NCBI GenBank assembly: GCA_038087875.1
Contig: CM075977.1
Location: forward strand, 300,018,001-300,082,000
DNA from: Malacoraja senta
Lineage: Eukaryota
Reading direction: 5' to 3'
DNA: 64,000 nucleotides
Both the position numbers and the translations under genes were made by a program. The notes beneath the pieces are model-generated. The model was not told the DNA's origin, did not search any database, and was given only the letters and a program-made list of their open reading frames with translations. Below are positions 1 through 12,249 of this stretch, one piece after another (positions within the stretch are counted from its first letter, which is position 1; every line of letters begins with the position of its first letter).

Positions 1-540
1 GGCAATTCTGTTATAACGTGATAGGCATATTCCTAAGAAACATCGTATTATAGAAAATTACAAAACCATTTATGTCAATGGAGAAAGGGAGTTAGGGGCT
101 GGAGAGTTGCAGACTCATAGTAACAAGGTTTTTCTCACAGGATTTTCAAAAATTAAGATATTTTTAATAGCTATTAGTTTAATTTTGTTACTACCAACCA
201 GCTAACAATACTAAAGGCCGTATGTTACATTGTTCAATAGATATCATTGAACGTGTCAATAGAGGTGATTGCTTGTCAACTACAATGGCCACCTACAGTG
301 AAACTAATAGACTGAATACTTAAGAGACATTGGTGTCTGTTTACTGCGGAGAGGTAACAAGGAATCAGTTATTTTTTCCAAGACTTTTCAAGACAGCTTT
401 TTTCCTGCATGTCAATTTCCAAAGTAACTTTTAAGTTGTCCTTGAGTTCCTGATCAAGATCGTGTTTGGCCAAAGTCGGCTCATGTAATAAAAATAGTGT
501 TCCTAATTCATCAATCATGTGATAGCCAATTTGCGTTATT
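1..540. repeat. Old interspersed repeat, probable DNA-transposon (pogo/Tigger-like MITE) remnant; second copy at 27512-27925
   Basis: Collinear similarity with 27512-27925 (e.g. ttctg.tataac, tatgtcaatgg, cttaagagaca, gcatgtcaatttccaaagtaacttttaagt). The family assignment is tentative. Confidence 0.6.
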
Positions 541-755
541 CAGCCCATGAGTCTCTGTCCTCTCTCAGAACAGTACAATCTATCCCATTTCCTGACCTAT
601 TTTGCTATAACCTTTTTTTATATGCCAATCATGAGAATCTTCCCAATTGATTCTCTAGCCAACCTTTTACAATAAGATAATTTGCAATGGTCACATAACC
701 TGCTCACACGCAAGTCTGTTGATGTCAAGAGAGTCAAGAGTGTTTTAATGTCATA

Positions 756-1236
756 CTAGACTGTGGGACCCGTTGGGGGAGGGGGGGTTGTGGGGGAGGG
801 GGAGGGTGGGTGGGGGAGGGGGGGTGAAGTGGGGGGAAGGGGGGTGGTCGCAGCAGGCGCACCCCGCACCTTCAGCTTTCGGCCTCACGCAGTAGCTCCC
901 GGTCCCACTCCGACTTCACTCAGAGGCTTCCGATTCAACTTAACACTCAGCCCCGCCGCCGGGGTTTTATTCCCCGCGGGTGCCGGAAGGGGCGTTACCT
1001 TCATGGTGACAGACAGGCGAGAAGACCAATCTGCTGATCTCACGATGTTTTAAACCTTCATAACTTTTCAAATATTTCACCGATCGGAACAAAACTTGGT
1101 GCGCTTGGAGCAGAGGTGAATGGTGAGTAAGGTGGCGAAAAAATCTGAGCGATATATGTTACCATTTTTGCGCAAATTAAAAAAACCGCAAACCGGAAGT
1201 GGTCAAGATGAGAGATTTAGTAATAGTATAGATAGA
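756..1236 (-). mobile_element. Non-autonomous Helitron, copy 1
   Basis: The minus strand begins (A)TCTATCTATACTA.. and ends ..CCAACGGGTCCCACAGTCTAG|T, giving TC...CTAG termini at an A|T site with a degenerate 3' hairpin. About 230 bp of its 5' region is shared with the element at 61125-62533. Confidence 0.75.
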
Positions 1237-1259
1237 TGAAGGCATTGATAGATATATGT

Positions 1260-3550
1260 TAGGAATCACTAGAGTCAGGAGTGGTCCCAGATGATTGGAA
1301 AATTGCCAATATTACCCTGCTGCACAAAAAGGGAGCAAGGCAGAATAGTGGGAACAATAGGCTGGTTAGTCTGACTTCGGAGGTTGGTAAGATTTTAGAG
1401 TTCATTATAAAGGATGATATTACGGAGTACTTAGAAGTTCTTTTAGGAAGGATATGAGGAGGAATTTCTGTAGTCAGAGTGTTGTGTACTGTGGAATTCT
1501 TTGCCACAAAGGCTGTGGAAGCAAGGTCAGATTAGTAAAGTTTGTAGATAATACAAAAGTGGATGGTTTTGAAGATAGTGAAGATGGTTGTGAAACATTG
1601 CAGCAGGACCTTGATCGATTGGCCAGGTGGGTTGAGGAATGGTTAATGGAATTTAATTTAGAGAAATGTGAGGTGTTGCATTTTGGGAGGTCTAACATTG
1701 GCAGGACCAACACAGTGATGGGTCGGACTCTGGGGAGTGTTGAAGAGCTGAGGTATCTAGTAGTGCAGGTGCATGGTTCCTTGAAGGTCGAGTCGCAGGT
1801 AGATATGGTGGTCAAAAAGGCTTTTGGCACATTGGCCTTCATCAGTCAGAGTATTGAGTATCGAAGTTGGGACGTTATGTTGCAGTTGTATAAGACATTG
1901 GTGAGGCCGCATTTAGAGTATTGTGTTCAGTTCTGGGCACCGTGTCATAGGAAAGATGTTGTCAAGCTGGAAAGGATACAGAGAGGATTTACAAGGATGT
2001 TGTCAGGAGGATGAGGGGTGATCTTATTGAGGTGGATAAGATCATGAGATGAATAGATCGGGTAGATGCACAGAGTCTTTTGCCCAGAGTAGGTGAATCG
2101 AGGACTAGAGGACAGGCTTAAGGTGAAGGGGAAACAATTTAATAGGAATCTGAAGGGTAACTTTTTCACACAAAGGGTGGTGGGTGTATGAAACAAGCTG
2201 CCGAGGGGGGGGGGGGGTGGTTGAGGCAAGGACCATCCAAACATTTAAGAAACAGTTAGACAGGTACATGGATCGGACAGGTTGTAGGGATATGGACCAA
2301 ATGCGGGCAGGTGGGACAAGTGTGGCTGGGACATGTTGGACAGTGTGGGCAAGTTGGGAAGGATGAGGGGGTGGTTTCTGAGGAAAGATGTGCTGACTGG
2401 AGAGGGTCCAGAGGAGGTATACAAGAATGATCCCAGGAATGAGTAGGTTAACCTATGATGGGCGTTTGTCAGCACTGGGCCTGTACTCGCTGGAGTTTAG
2501 AAGAATGAGGGGGACCCACATTGAAACATACAGAATAGTGAAAGACTTGGATAGAGTGGGTGTGGAGAGGATGTTTCTACTAGTGGGAGAGCCTAGGATT
2601 AGAGGTCATAGCTTCAGAATTAAAGGATGTTCTTTTAGGAATGAGATGAGGAGAAATGTCTTTAGTCAGAGGGTGGTGAATCTGTGGAATTCTTTGCCAC
2701 AGAAGGCTTTGGAGGCCAAGTCAGTGGATATTTTTAAAGCATAGATAGATACATTCTTCATTAGTTCAGGTGTCAGAAGTTATGGGGAGAAGGCAGGAGA
2801 ATGGGGTTAGGAGGGGGAGATAGACAATAGGTGCAGAAGTAAGCCATTCAGCTCTTCGAGCCAGCACCACCATTCACTGTGATCATGGCTGATCATCCAC
2901 ACTCAGTACCCCGTTCCTGCCTTTTCCCCATATCCCCTGACTCCGCTATCCAACTCTCTTGAAAGCATACGGAGAATTGGCCTCCACTGCCTTCTGAAGC
3001 AGAGAATTCCACGGATGCACAACCCTGTGTGAAAAAGTTTTTCCTCATCTCCATTCTAAATGGCTTACCCCTTATTCTTAAACTGTGGCCCCTAGTTCTG
3101 GACTCCACCAACATCGGGAACATGTTTCCTGCATCTAGCATGTCCAAACCCTTAATAATCTTATATGTTTCAATAAGATTCCCTCTCATCCTTCTAAATT
3201 CCAGAGTATACAAGCACAGCTGCTCCATTCTATCAACATATGACAGTCCCGCCATCCTGGGGACTAACCTCGTGAACCTCCCCCAATAGCAAGAATGTCC
3301 TTCCTCAAGTTTGGAGACCAAAACTGCACACAATACTCCAGGTGTGGTCTCACTAGGGCCCTGTACAACTGCAGAAGGACCTCTTTGCTCCTGTACTCAA
3401 TTCCTCTTGTTATGAAGGCCAGCATGCCATTCGTTTTCTTCATTGCCACATTGAATTGCGGAGTAGACTTGAGGGGCCGAATGGCCTAATTCTACTCCTA
3501 TCACCTTATGAAGAGCCTGTTTCCACATTCTATGACTATGACTCTATAAC
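1260..3550 (+). mobile_element. Nested cluster of CR1 (HER1-like) LINE 3' fragments; + strand copies with a - strand CR1 inserted at ~2820-3450
   Basis: ORFs 1454-2014 ([32 protein letters not shown]), 2427-2744 and 2893-3449 are CR1 ORF2 C-terminal motifs. A (ctatga)n tail lies at ~3530. Confidence 0.9.
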
Positions 3551-4135
3551 TGGTGAAGCAGCCGCAAGCAGCCGAATGGGCGACGTGCATCTATTGCATA
3601 TGATTTTATGATAAACATCCTTCAAAGAATGTAAGTTTGCAATAATTGTTGACTAATTTCAAATGCTGTAAATACAGGATGTTTGGAAAGTGGTTGAATT
3701 TAAACTGTTTCCAAAGACTCTCCCACATAATTTTATTTTATTTTTTTGGTCTGTTGAGACTAATTTATTTTATTTGATAGCTTTGTTAATCAACAACCAG
3801 ATCTTCATTTTAAAATGAGCCTGCAGGTCATCATCATAGAATTTTTGGTAAATTATATTCACAAAAGTTAAAAACGGATTTTGAAGATAGTTATATCCAT
3901 ATGATTTCGCATGACAATAAAGTTTCCAAGATTATTCTCACTAATCTTATGAAAAAATATGCTGAAGTACTTTTGACGGACCAACTTTTCAAAGTGAATT
4001 GGTTTGTATTTTGTAACTCTTGAGAATACGCAAAATATATTGATGCGAAAGGTATTTGACCAATTTCAAAAACTTGAAGGATTTTTAAAAATTGAAACTC
4101 CTAGTGTTAAAACAGTTACCAAACTATGTAACTAA

Positions 4136-4987
4136 AGGTCCTGTCCCACGGGCAGGCGACTCCATGCGGCAAGCACGACCTAACCGGAAGCGGGGGCCGA
4201 GTGATCACCGTACGGCCTGTCCCACGGGCATGCGATTCCATGCGGCAAGCGCAACCTAACCGGAAGCGGGGGCGGCGCGGAGGCCGAGTGATCACCGTAC
4301 GGCCTGTCCCACGGGCATGCGATTCCATGCGACGAGCGCGGCCTAACCGGAAGCGGGGGGTGCGCGGACGTCCAGTTCGAGCGAAGTCCGCTGGAAGCTC
4401 GAGCGGTTTTTATGTAGGTGAACACGGGTAGGTGATGTTTTGGTTTTTACGTAGGTGAACACGGGTAGGTGATGTTTTGGTTTTTATGTAGGTGAACACG
4501 GGTAGGTGATGTTTCGGTTTTTATGTAGGAGAACACGGGTAGGTGATGTTTCGGGTCGAGACCCTTCCTCAGACCAGAGAAGACTGCAGAAGACTTCAGT
4601 CCGAAGAAGGTGTCTCGACCCGAAACACCACCTGTCCACAGAAGCTGCCTGATCTACTGAGTTACTCCAGCATTATTGGTGTGTCCATCTTCGGTGTAAA
4701 TGGGCATCTGCAGTTCCTTCCTTCACAACAATTCCAGAGTTGACGGAGACGGTGCACGCGGCGTTGAGGCGGTGCGCGCAGCCTCGATGCGGCAGCGGGG
4801 CGGCAGGCCGTTGCCGCGCGGAATTTTTGAACAGTGTCAGTTTTTCGGAGCCCCGCGCGGTGTCGGGACCAACTCCATACGGCTCCGGCGATTTACGTGG
4901 GACCAGCACCCGCGACCTCCGCACGGCCCCCGCTTCCGGTTAGGTCGCGCTTGCCGCATGGAGTCGCCTGCCCGTGGGACAGGCCCT
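4136..4987. mobile_element. PIF/Harbinger-type non-autonomous element with TAA TSD
   Basis: TAA at 4133-4135 and 4988-4990. ~60-bp TIR AGGTCCTGTCCCACGGGCAGGCGACTCCATGCGG.. / ..CCGCATGGAGTCGCCTGCCCGTGGGACAGGCCCT. Confidence 0.85.
4405..4553. repeat. 37-bp tandem repeat x4 inside the Harbinger element
   Basis: Units ggtttttatgtaggtgaacacgggtaggtgatgtttt start at 4405, 4442, 4479 and 4516. Confidence 0.9.
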
Positions 4988-5133
4988 TAATATTTCTTAA
5001 ACTGATACAACAATAAATGGAAGTGCTGAATAGTAGCCCAGTGGTTATGATACTGCATCGGCCAACCGGACAAATTGATTTCAATGAATCTAATAATTTG
5101 TATGCTGTCACTGGAATTAATCACATGGACATA

Positions 5134-6711
5134 CAGTGCATTCTGAAAGTATTCAGATCTCTTCACTTTTTCCACATTTTTGTTACGTTACAGCCTTTTT
5201 CTAAAATGGATTAAATTATTTTCTTTTATTATCAATCTACTCACAATACCCCATAATCAAAAAGCGGAAATAGGTGTTTAGAAATGTTTGCAAAATAATT
5301 TTTTTGTTTTTAACTGAAATTTCATATTTACATAAGTATTCAGACCCTTTACTCAGTACTTTGTTGAGGCACCTTTGGCAGCGATTACAGCTTCAAGTCT
5401 TCTTGGGTATGACACTACAAACTTGGCACACCTGTATTTGGGTAATTTCTCCCATTCCTCTCTGCAGATCCTCTCAAACTCTTGTCAGCCATTTTCAGGT
5501 CCCTCCAGAGATGTTCGATCGTGTTCGAGTCCAGGCTCTGGCTGGGCCACTCAAGCACATTCACAGACATGTCATAAAGCCACTCCTGCGTTGTCTTGGC
5601 TGTGTGCTTAGGTTCGTTGTCCTGTTGGAAGGTGAACCTCCGCCCCATTCTGAGGTCCTGAACGCTCTGGAGCAGGTTTTCATTAAGGATCTCTCTGTAC
5701 TTTGCTCCGTTCATCTTTCCCTCGATCCTAACTAGTCTCCCAGTTCCTGCCGCTGAAAAACATCCCCACATCATGATGCTGCCACCACCATGCTTCACCA
5801 TAGGTATGGTATTGGCCAGGTGATGAGCGGTGCCTGGTTTCCTCCAGACGTGACGCTTGACATTCAGGCCAAAGAGTTCAATCTTGGTTTCATCAGACCA
5901 GAGAATCTTGTTCAAGGTGCCTTTTGGCAAACCCCAAACAGGATGTCATGTGACTTTTACTGAGGAGTGGCTTCCGTCTGGCCACTCTACCGTAAAGGCC
6001 TGATTAGTGGAAAGCTGCAGATATAGTTGTCCTTCTGGAAGGTTCTCCCATCTCCACAGATGAACTCTGGAGCTCTATCAGAGTGACCATTGGGCTCTTG
6101 GTCACCTTCCTGACCAAGGCCCTTCTCCCCAGATTGCTCAGTTTGGCCGGGCGGCCAGCTCTATGAAGAGTCCTGGTGGTTCCAAAGTTCTTCCATTTAA
6201 GAATGAGGGAGGCCACTGTGATCTTCGGGACCTGCAATGCTGCAGAAATTGTTTTATACCCTTCCCCAGATCTGTGTCTCGACACAATCCTGTCTCGAAG
6301 GTCTACGGACAATTCCTTCATCTTTGTGGCTTGGTTTTTGCTCTGACATCCTTATATAGACAGGTGTGTGCCTTTCCAAATCATGTACAATCAATTTAAT
6401 TTACCACTGGTGGACTCCAATCAAGTTGTAGAAACATCTCAAGGATAATCAATGGAAACAGGATGCACCTATGCTCAATTTTGAGTGTCATAGCAAAGGG
6501 TCTGAATACTTATGTAAATGTGATATTTCAGTTATTTATTTTTAATTACTTTGCAAAAATTTCTGAACACCTGTTTTTACGCTTTTTTATTATGGGGTAT
6601 TGTGTGTAGATTGATGATCAAAAAAATGAATTTAATCCATTTTAGAATAAGTCTGTAACGTTACAAAATGTGGAAAAAGTAAAGAGGTCTGAATACTTTC
6701 TGAATGCACTG
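5134..6711 (-). mobile_element. Tc1-family DNA transposon (IR/DR-type long TIRs) with a decayed transposase
   Basis: TA|CAGTGCATTCTGAAAGTATTCAGA ... TCTGAATACTTTCTGAATGCACTG|TA, with inner direct repeats aagtattcagaccc. Minus ORFs 6004-6321 (paired/HTH, GRPAKL) and 5415-5930 ([24 protein letters not shown]) are interrupted by stops and deletions. Confidence 0.95.
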
Positions 6712-6864
6712 TAAATGACTGCAGATACTTTAAAATGGAGCAGAAAATAATCTTCTGGAGAAACAGTGCGTCGAGCAGCAACAGGGTGGGGAGAGGGGGG
6801 AAGAATTGTTGCCTTTTTAAGGTTAATGCCTTGCATCGGCAATAAAAGAGGGGAGATGGCCATT

Positions 6865-7270
6865 AAGGCATCACTATACTAACATCTACATCCAATACAT
6901 CATCTTTTGGCATTTCCTCCAGCTGCAACGAGATCCCACCACATCCCCATTTCTTTCTGCCCTCTGTTTGGATCACTATCTCTGTGATTCCTTGGTCTAC
7001 TCACCCCTCCCCTACGTTCCCTACCTGATCCCTGGCGGTTTCCCCAGAAACTGCAGGAGGTACAATACTTATACCTGCGGTTCCACTCTCACCACCATCC
7101 ACAGAGCTAAAAGTCATTCCAGGTGAGGAAAAGTTTAATGTGCACCTCCTCCATCCTTGTTTACTATATTTGGTGCATTCAATACCACCTCTCTACATCT
7201 GTGAGACCAAGCACAAACTAGGTGACTGATTTGCAGGACACCTGCGCTCTGTCTACAATGGCCATCCCGA
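6865..7270 (+). mobile_element. Penelope-like element fragment (GIY-YIG endonuclease region)
   Basis: Degenerate translation FQVRKSLMCTSSILVYYIWC..LYICETKHKLGD*FAGHLRSV resembles the PLE GIY-YIG motif. Confidence 0.75.
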
Positions 7271-7424
7271 GCTTTTCACTTTACCTCGGTACATGTGACA
7301 ATAATAAACTAAACAAGTTCATTTTTTCCTATTCAATTATTAAAATTCATTTTTGCAAACACATTTATTAAAACAAAATGTACCTGCCCACTAGTTCTTG
7401 TAGTGGCTAACTTCTACACAGGCT

Positions 7425-7750
7425 AGACAAAAAATGCCCAGAGTAGGGGAATCGAGGACCTGAGGACATAGGTTCAAGGTGAAGGGGAAAAGATTTAATA
7501 GGAATCCGAGGGGTAACTTTTTCACACAAAGGGTGGTGGGTGTATGGAACAAGCTTCCAGAGGAGGTAGTTGAGGCTGGGACTATTCCATCGTTTAAGAA
7601 ACAGGTAGACAGGTACATGGATAGGACAGGTTTGGAGGGATATGGACCAAGTGCAGGCAAGTGGGACTAGTGAAGCTGGGACATTGTTTGCCGGTGTGGG
7701 CAAGTTGGGCCGAAGGGCCTGTTTCCACACTGTATCACTCTATGACTCTA
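7425..7750 (+). mobile_element. CR1 LINE 3' end
   Basis: KGKRFNRNPRGNFFTQRVVGVWNKLP motif, 3' UTR and ctatgactcta tail. Confidence 0.9.
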
Positions 7751-8704
7751 ACAGGCAGCATCTCTGGATAGAAGGAATAGGTGATGTTTCGGGTCGCTTT
7801 TTTCATACCACTGCTAAAGATCAGTATGCTCGGATGTGTGACCAAATGCTAATTCCCAAATGGGAAGGCTCATCGTAAGAATTGTGTCTAAGAAATAATT
7901 GTGTCAAGTCAGGGCTCAATTCACAGCTAAAAAACAATGATAACTGGGGAGAAAAAAATACAATCAATCCAAATCAACTAACAAGGGTCTCGACCCGAAA
8001 CGTCGCCTATTTCCTTCGCTCCATAGATGCTGCCTCACCCGCTGAGTTTCTCCAGCATTTTTGTCTACCTTCGATTTTCCAGCATCTGCAGTTCCTTCTG
8101 AAACATTATTATCTATTATCTTTCTAGATCTTTCTAAACTTAGTTTACTTTACCAATCAATCTTGGCTGATCTATTTTTTCCCCTCAACACCAGTCTCCT
8201 GCCTTGTTCCTGTAACCTTTCCAATCAAGAACTTATCAATCTCCACTTTAAAAATACCCAATGTATTGGCCTCCACAACCATGTGTGGCAATGAATTACA
8301 CAGATTCACCACCCTCTCGCTAACAAAATCCTCCTCGTTAAAGTAGACATCCAGCTTTAATGTTTATTATAATATTTGAATCACAAAATATATCCATCTT
8401 TCTCCCCCCAAATTATCCATGTGTTTGTTTAAAAGACTTATTTTGAATTATAATTGCTGATTGAGGATACTAAACTAACAAATTTTAATCCAAGGGACAC
8501 CTATTTCTGGAAAATTTTCTATCATCTCTGAGTTTGAAAGAATAATAGGCTAATTTGCTGGTACAAAATGTACTCTACATATCAGTTCATATGCTTACTT
8601 TTAAACCTCTTGGCATTTGCTTTTGCATGAAAGCTGTTTATTGCTTTGCACTCCATTCAACCAAACATTGTCACTTAATTACATCAACCAGTGGAGTGGT
8701 TTAT

Positions 8705-9240
8705 ATTGTGTAGGAAGGAACTGCAGATGCTGGTTTACACCAATGAGAGACACAAAATGCTGGAGTAACTCAGCAGGACAGGCATCATGTCTGGAGAGAA
8801 ATTCCTTCGGGTCGGGTCCCTGCCTCAGACTGAGAGTCAGGGGAGAGAGAAACTAGAGATATGTGGAAGGGCAAGGTGTGAAAATGACAGATCAAAGCAG
8901 ACAATGTTCAAGGAAATGTAGAATGATTCATTGTTGGCTGAGGGGAAGCTGACAACGAGGCAGACAAACAGTAAATTTTATCAGAAGGACAGTGAAACTA
9001 GTCGGAGATCTAGTGTGGGGGTGGGGGGGGGGGGGGAGATGGAGAGAGAGGGAAAGCATAGGTTACTCGAAGTTAGTGAAATCAATATTCATACCAGGTT
9101 GTAAGCTGCCCAAGCAAAATATGAGGTGCTGTTCCTCCAATTTACATTTGGCCTCACTCGGACAGAAAGGTCATTATGGGAATGGGAAGGGGAGTTAAAG
9201 TGTTTAGCAACTGGGAGATCGCGTAAGCCTAGGCGGACCT
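8705..9240 (-). mobile_element. Penelope-like element 3' end with terminal repeat
   Basis: Terminal repeat (gaaggaactgcagatgctgg..ctcagactga) followed by sequence homologous to 29900-30090. Confidence 0.7.
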
Positions 9241-10589
9241 GTATTTTTTCTATATTTCTGTGTATCATCTTCAGGAGTTCAATAACATGTTCCTAACTCT
9301 TTTACTCTTTCTTGGTGTTTTCCATTCAAGAATCTGAAAAAAAATAAGCGTTAAATATATACAAACACACAATTATCATTCTGTAAATATTGCAGGGTTT
9401 TTAAAATATTGTATCAAAAATACAATATGTTGAATTGTTTATAATCCTACTTAAATAATTAAGTCTTTTGGATCACAGTTTACTTTTTTCTTGCCCACTC
9501 AATAGATTGTTCCTAATTATAGTCTTTGGCACTGTAATTTTACTTTTCACCAAGTAATTCCAATTGTAGCTTTAGATGCAAAAATGTTATACTAGGAAAT
9601 AAATTAACCAGATTATTTATACACTGATTGTCATGTGTTTTAAAATATGGCTATTGAGTAAAATGGGGGTTAAAAAGAAAGGAATAATGTGACTATAGGA
9701 TGTAAATGTAATTCTATCCCATTTAACTACCTCCAGTAAAGCAAAGCGTAGGGAATGTGAAGGACAAGGTGTCTGTTGAGTTGGCTGGACATAGGAGTTC
9801 CTCAGAAGTTCAGATTATGGAGCTGCAAATATAAAAACTGTACTGTCAGGCCAAATTGTCCAAGGAATATTAATGCAAGGTGAGAATTTGATCAGCCAGC
9901 ATCAATTATTGATGTGAATATAAGAATTTATTGTGGAATAATTGGGTCTCTCACAGAACAATTGAGATTTAGAACATTTGAAATTTGGAACTCTGTCCCT
10001 CAAAATCTATAAATTCAAGTTCAATTAACATTAATCATATTTGTTGCCTTGTATGTTTACATTATAAATGATATTGCACATTTTTTTAAATGGATTCTGA
10101 GATGCCAACTAGCACTAGAGCATGATTATAGTGGTTTCATGACATGAAGAAATATTAACAAGTGTTAGTTTGTCTCTAGTTTCATTTATTATTGTGGACA
10201 ATTAAGAATTTGTAATTGAAATATTATCAGCAAGCATATGTGCCTAAAAGATTTAAATGGATATGACATATAATTTTTAATGTATTTTAGGTATTTTTGG
10301 AGAGAATTTGGGGCTTACATTTTTAGCTAATAAATATCGTACAAGATCACCTGCAAAGATGGATTATCGATTCAAAGCATTTTACTCCCCTAATGATTTG
10401 GATAACTGTAGTGTGTTTCTAATATTTGCTCTTCAGTAGACTTTAATTTGTATGAGCTGTACCAAGGACAACAAAGATTTCTCCAAAGGTTTTTGATCTA
10501 CACAAGGCCTCACATCTCACAGGCCCAGAAGGTTACATGTCTATTTTATATTCATCCCGTGCTGGACAAATTATACATACAACATAAAT

Positions 10590-11005
10590 AGACAGTGCAG
10601 CACAGGAACTGGCCCTTCGGCCCACATTGTCTGTGCCAAACATGATGCAATCTCATCTGCCCGCCCATTATCCATATTCCACCATTCTCTGCACATGCAC
10701 ATGCCTATCCAAAAGCCTCATAAATGCCACTACCATATCAGCCAACACTCTTCCCCTGGAAGCGTGTTCCAGGCAACTACCATCCTCTGTGTCAAAAAAA
10801 AACTTGCCCCGCACATTTCTCTTAAATTCTGCTCCTCTCACCTGAAAGCTTTGCCCTTTGGTTTTTAATATTTCTACACTGGAAGGTTTTGACTATCTAC
10901 CTTACCTGTAGCTCTCATAATTGTATATTCATCTATCAGGTCTCCCCTCAACCTCCCATGTTCCAGAGAAAACATTCCAAGTCTGTCCAACCTCTCCCTG
11001 CAGCT
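10590..11005 (-). mobile_element. Degenerate CR1 LINE 3' end
   Basis: Reverse complement of CR1 ORF2 C-terminus and 3' UTR (ggcccttcggcccac..). Confidence 0.75.
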
Positions 11006-11067
11006 AAGCCCGGCAGGCAGTGACTAGTGAGGTGCCGCAAGGCTCGGTGCTGGGACCGCAGATATTT

Positions 11068-11630
11068 AGTCAAGTCAAGTCAAGTGAGTTTATTGTCATG
11101 TGTCCCTGGTAGGACAATGAAATTCTTGCTTTGCTTGAGCACAACAGAACATAGTAGGCATTTACTACAAGGCATTCTATAAATATATACACAATGGTCA
11201 ATATACTAATAAAGTGCAAATAACAGTACTGGCTAGTAAAGTTCAGTGTTATCTCCGAGCCAGGTTTAATAGCCTGATGGCTGTGGGGAAGTAGCTGTTC
11301 CTGAACCTGGTCGTTGCAGTCTTCAGGCTCCTGTACCTTCTACCTGAAGGTAGTAGGGAGATGAGTGTGTGGCCAGGATGGTGTGGGTCCTTGATGATGC
11401 TGCCAGCCTTTTTGAGGCAGCGACTGTGGTAGATCCCCTCGATGGAAGGGAGGTCAGAGCCGATGATGGACTGGGCAGTGTTTACTACTTTTTGTAGTCT
11501 TTTCCTCTCCAGGGCACTCAAGTTGCCGAACCAAGCCACGATGCAACCGGTCAGCATGCTCTCTACTGTGCACCTGTAGAAGTTAGAGAGAGTCCTCCTT
11601 GACAAACCGACTCTCCGTAATCTTCTCAGA
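11068..11630 (-). mobile_element. Rex1/Babar-type LINE 3' end inserted into a + strand CR1 (11010-12247)
   Basis: ORF LRRLRRVGLSRRTLSNFYRCTVESMLTGCIVAWFGN..PSGRRYRSLKTATTRFRNSYFPTAIRLLN with a (gtcaa)n tail at 11069-11085. The CR1 RT motif (QGSVLGP | YINDLDEG..KFGDDTKL) is split around it. Confidence 0.85.
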
Positions 11631-12249
11631 TTACGTAATACGTAATATACAATACGTATACTTGTATACGTAATATACAATACGTATATTAATGATTTAG
11701 ATGAAGGAATTAAAAGTAACATTAGCAAATTTGGAGATGACACAAAGCTGGATGACAGTGTGAACTGTGAAGAGGATGCAGGGTGACTTGGATAGGTTCG
11801 GTGAGTGGGCAAATGCATGGCAGATGCAGTATATTGTGGACAAATGTGAGGTTATCCACTTTGGTGGCAAGAACAAGAAGGCAGATTATTATCTGAATGG
11901 TGTCAGATTAGGAAAAGGACCTGGGTGTCCTTGTACATCAGTCACTGGAAGTAAGCTTGCAGGTACAGCAAGCAGTGAAGAAAGCTAATGTATGTTGGCC
12001 TTCATAATGAGAGGATTTGAGTACAGGAGCAAATAGGTCCTTCTGCAGTTGTACAGGGCCCTGGTGGGACCACACCTGGAGTATTGTATGCAGTTTTGGT
12101 CTCCTAATCTGAGGAAGGACATTCTTGCTTTTGAGGGAGTGCAGCATAGGTTCATTCACAAGGTGAATCCCCGGGATGGCGGGACTGTCATATGATGAAA
12201 GAATGGGTTTTTATTTACTGGAGTTTTGAAGGATGAGAGGGGATCTTTA

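Noticed and set aside
4405-4553. 37-bp repeats as a CRISPR array
   Set aside because: The units are head-to-tail with no unique spacers, the context is eukaryotic, and there are no cas genes.
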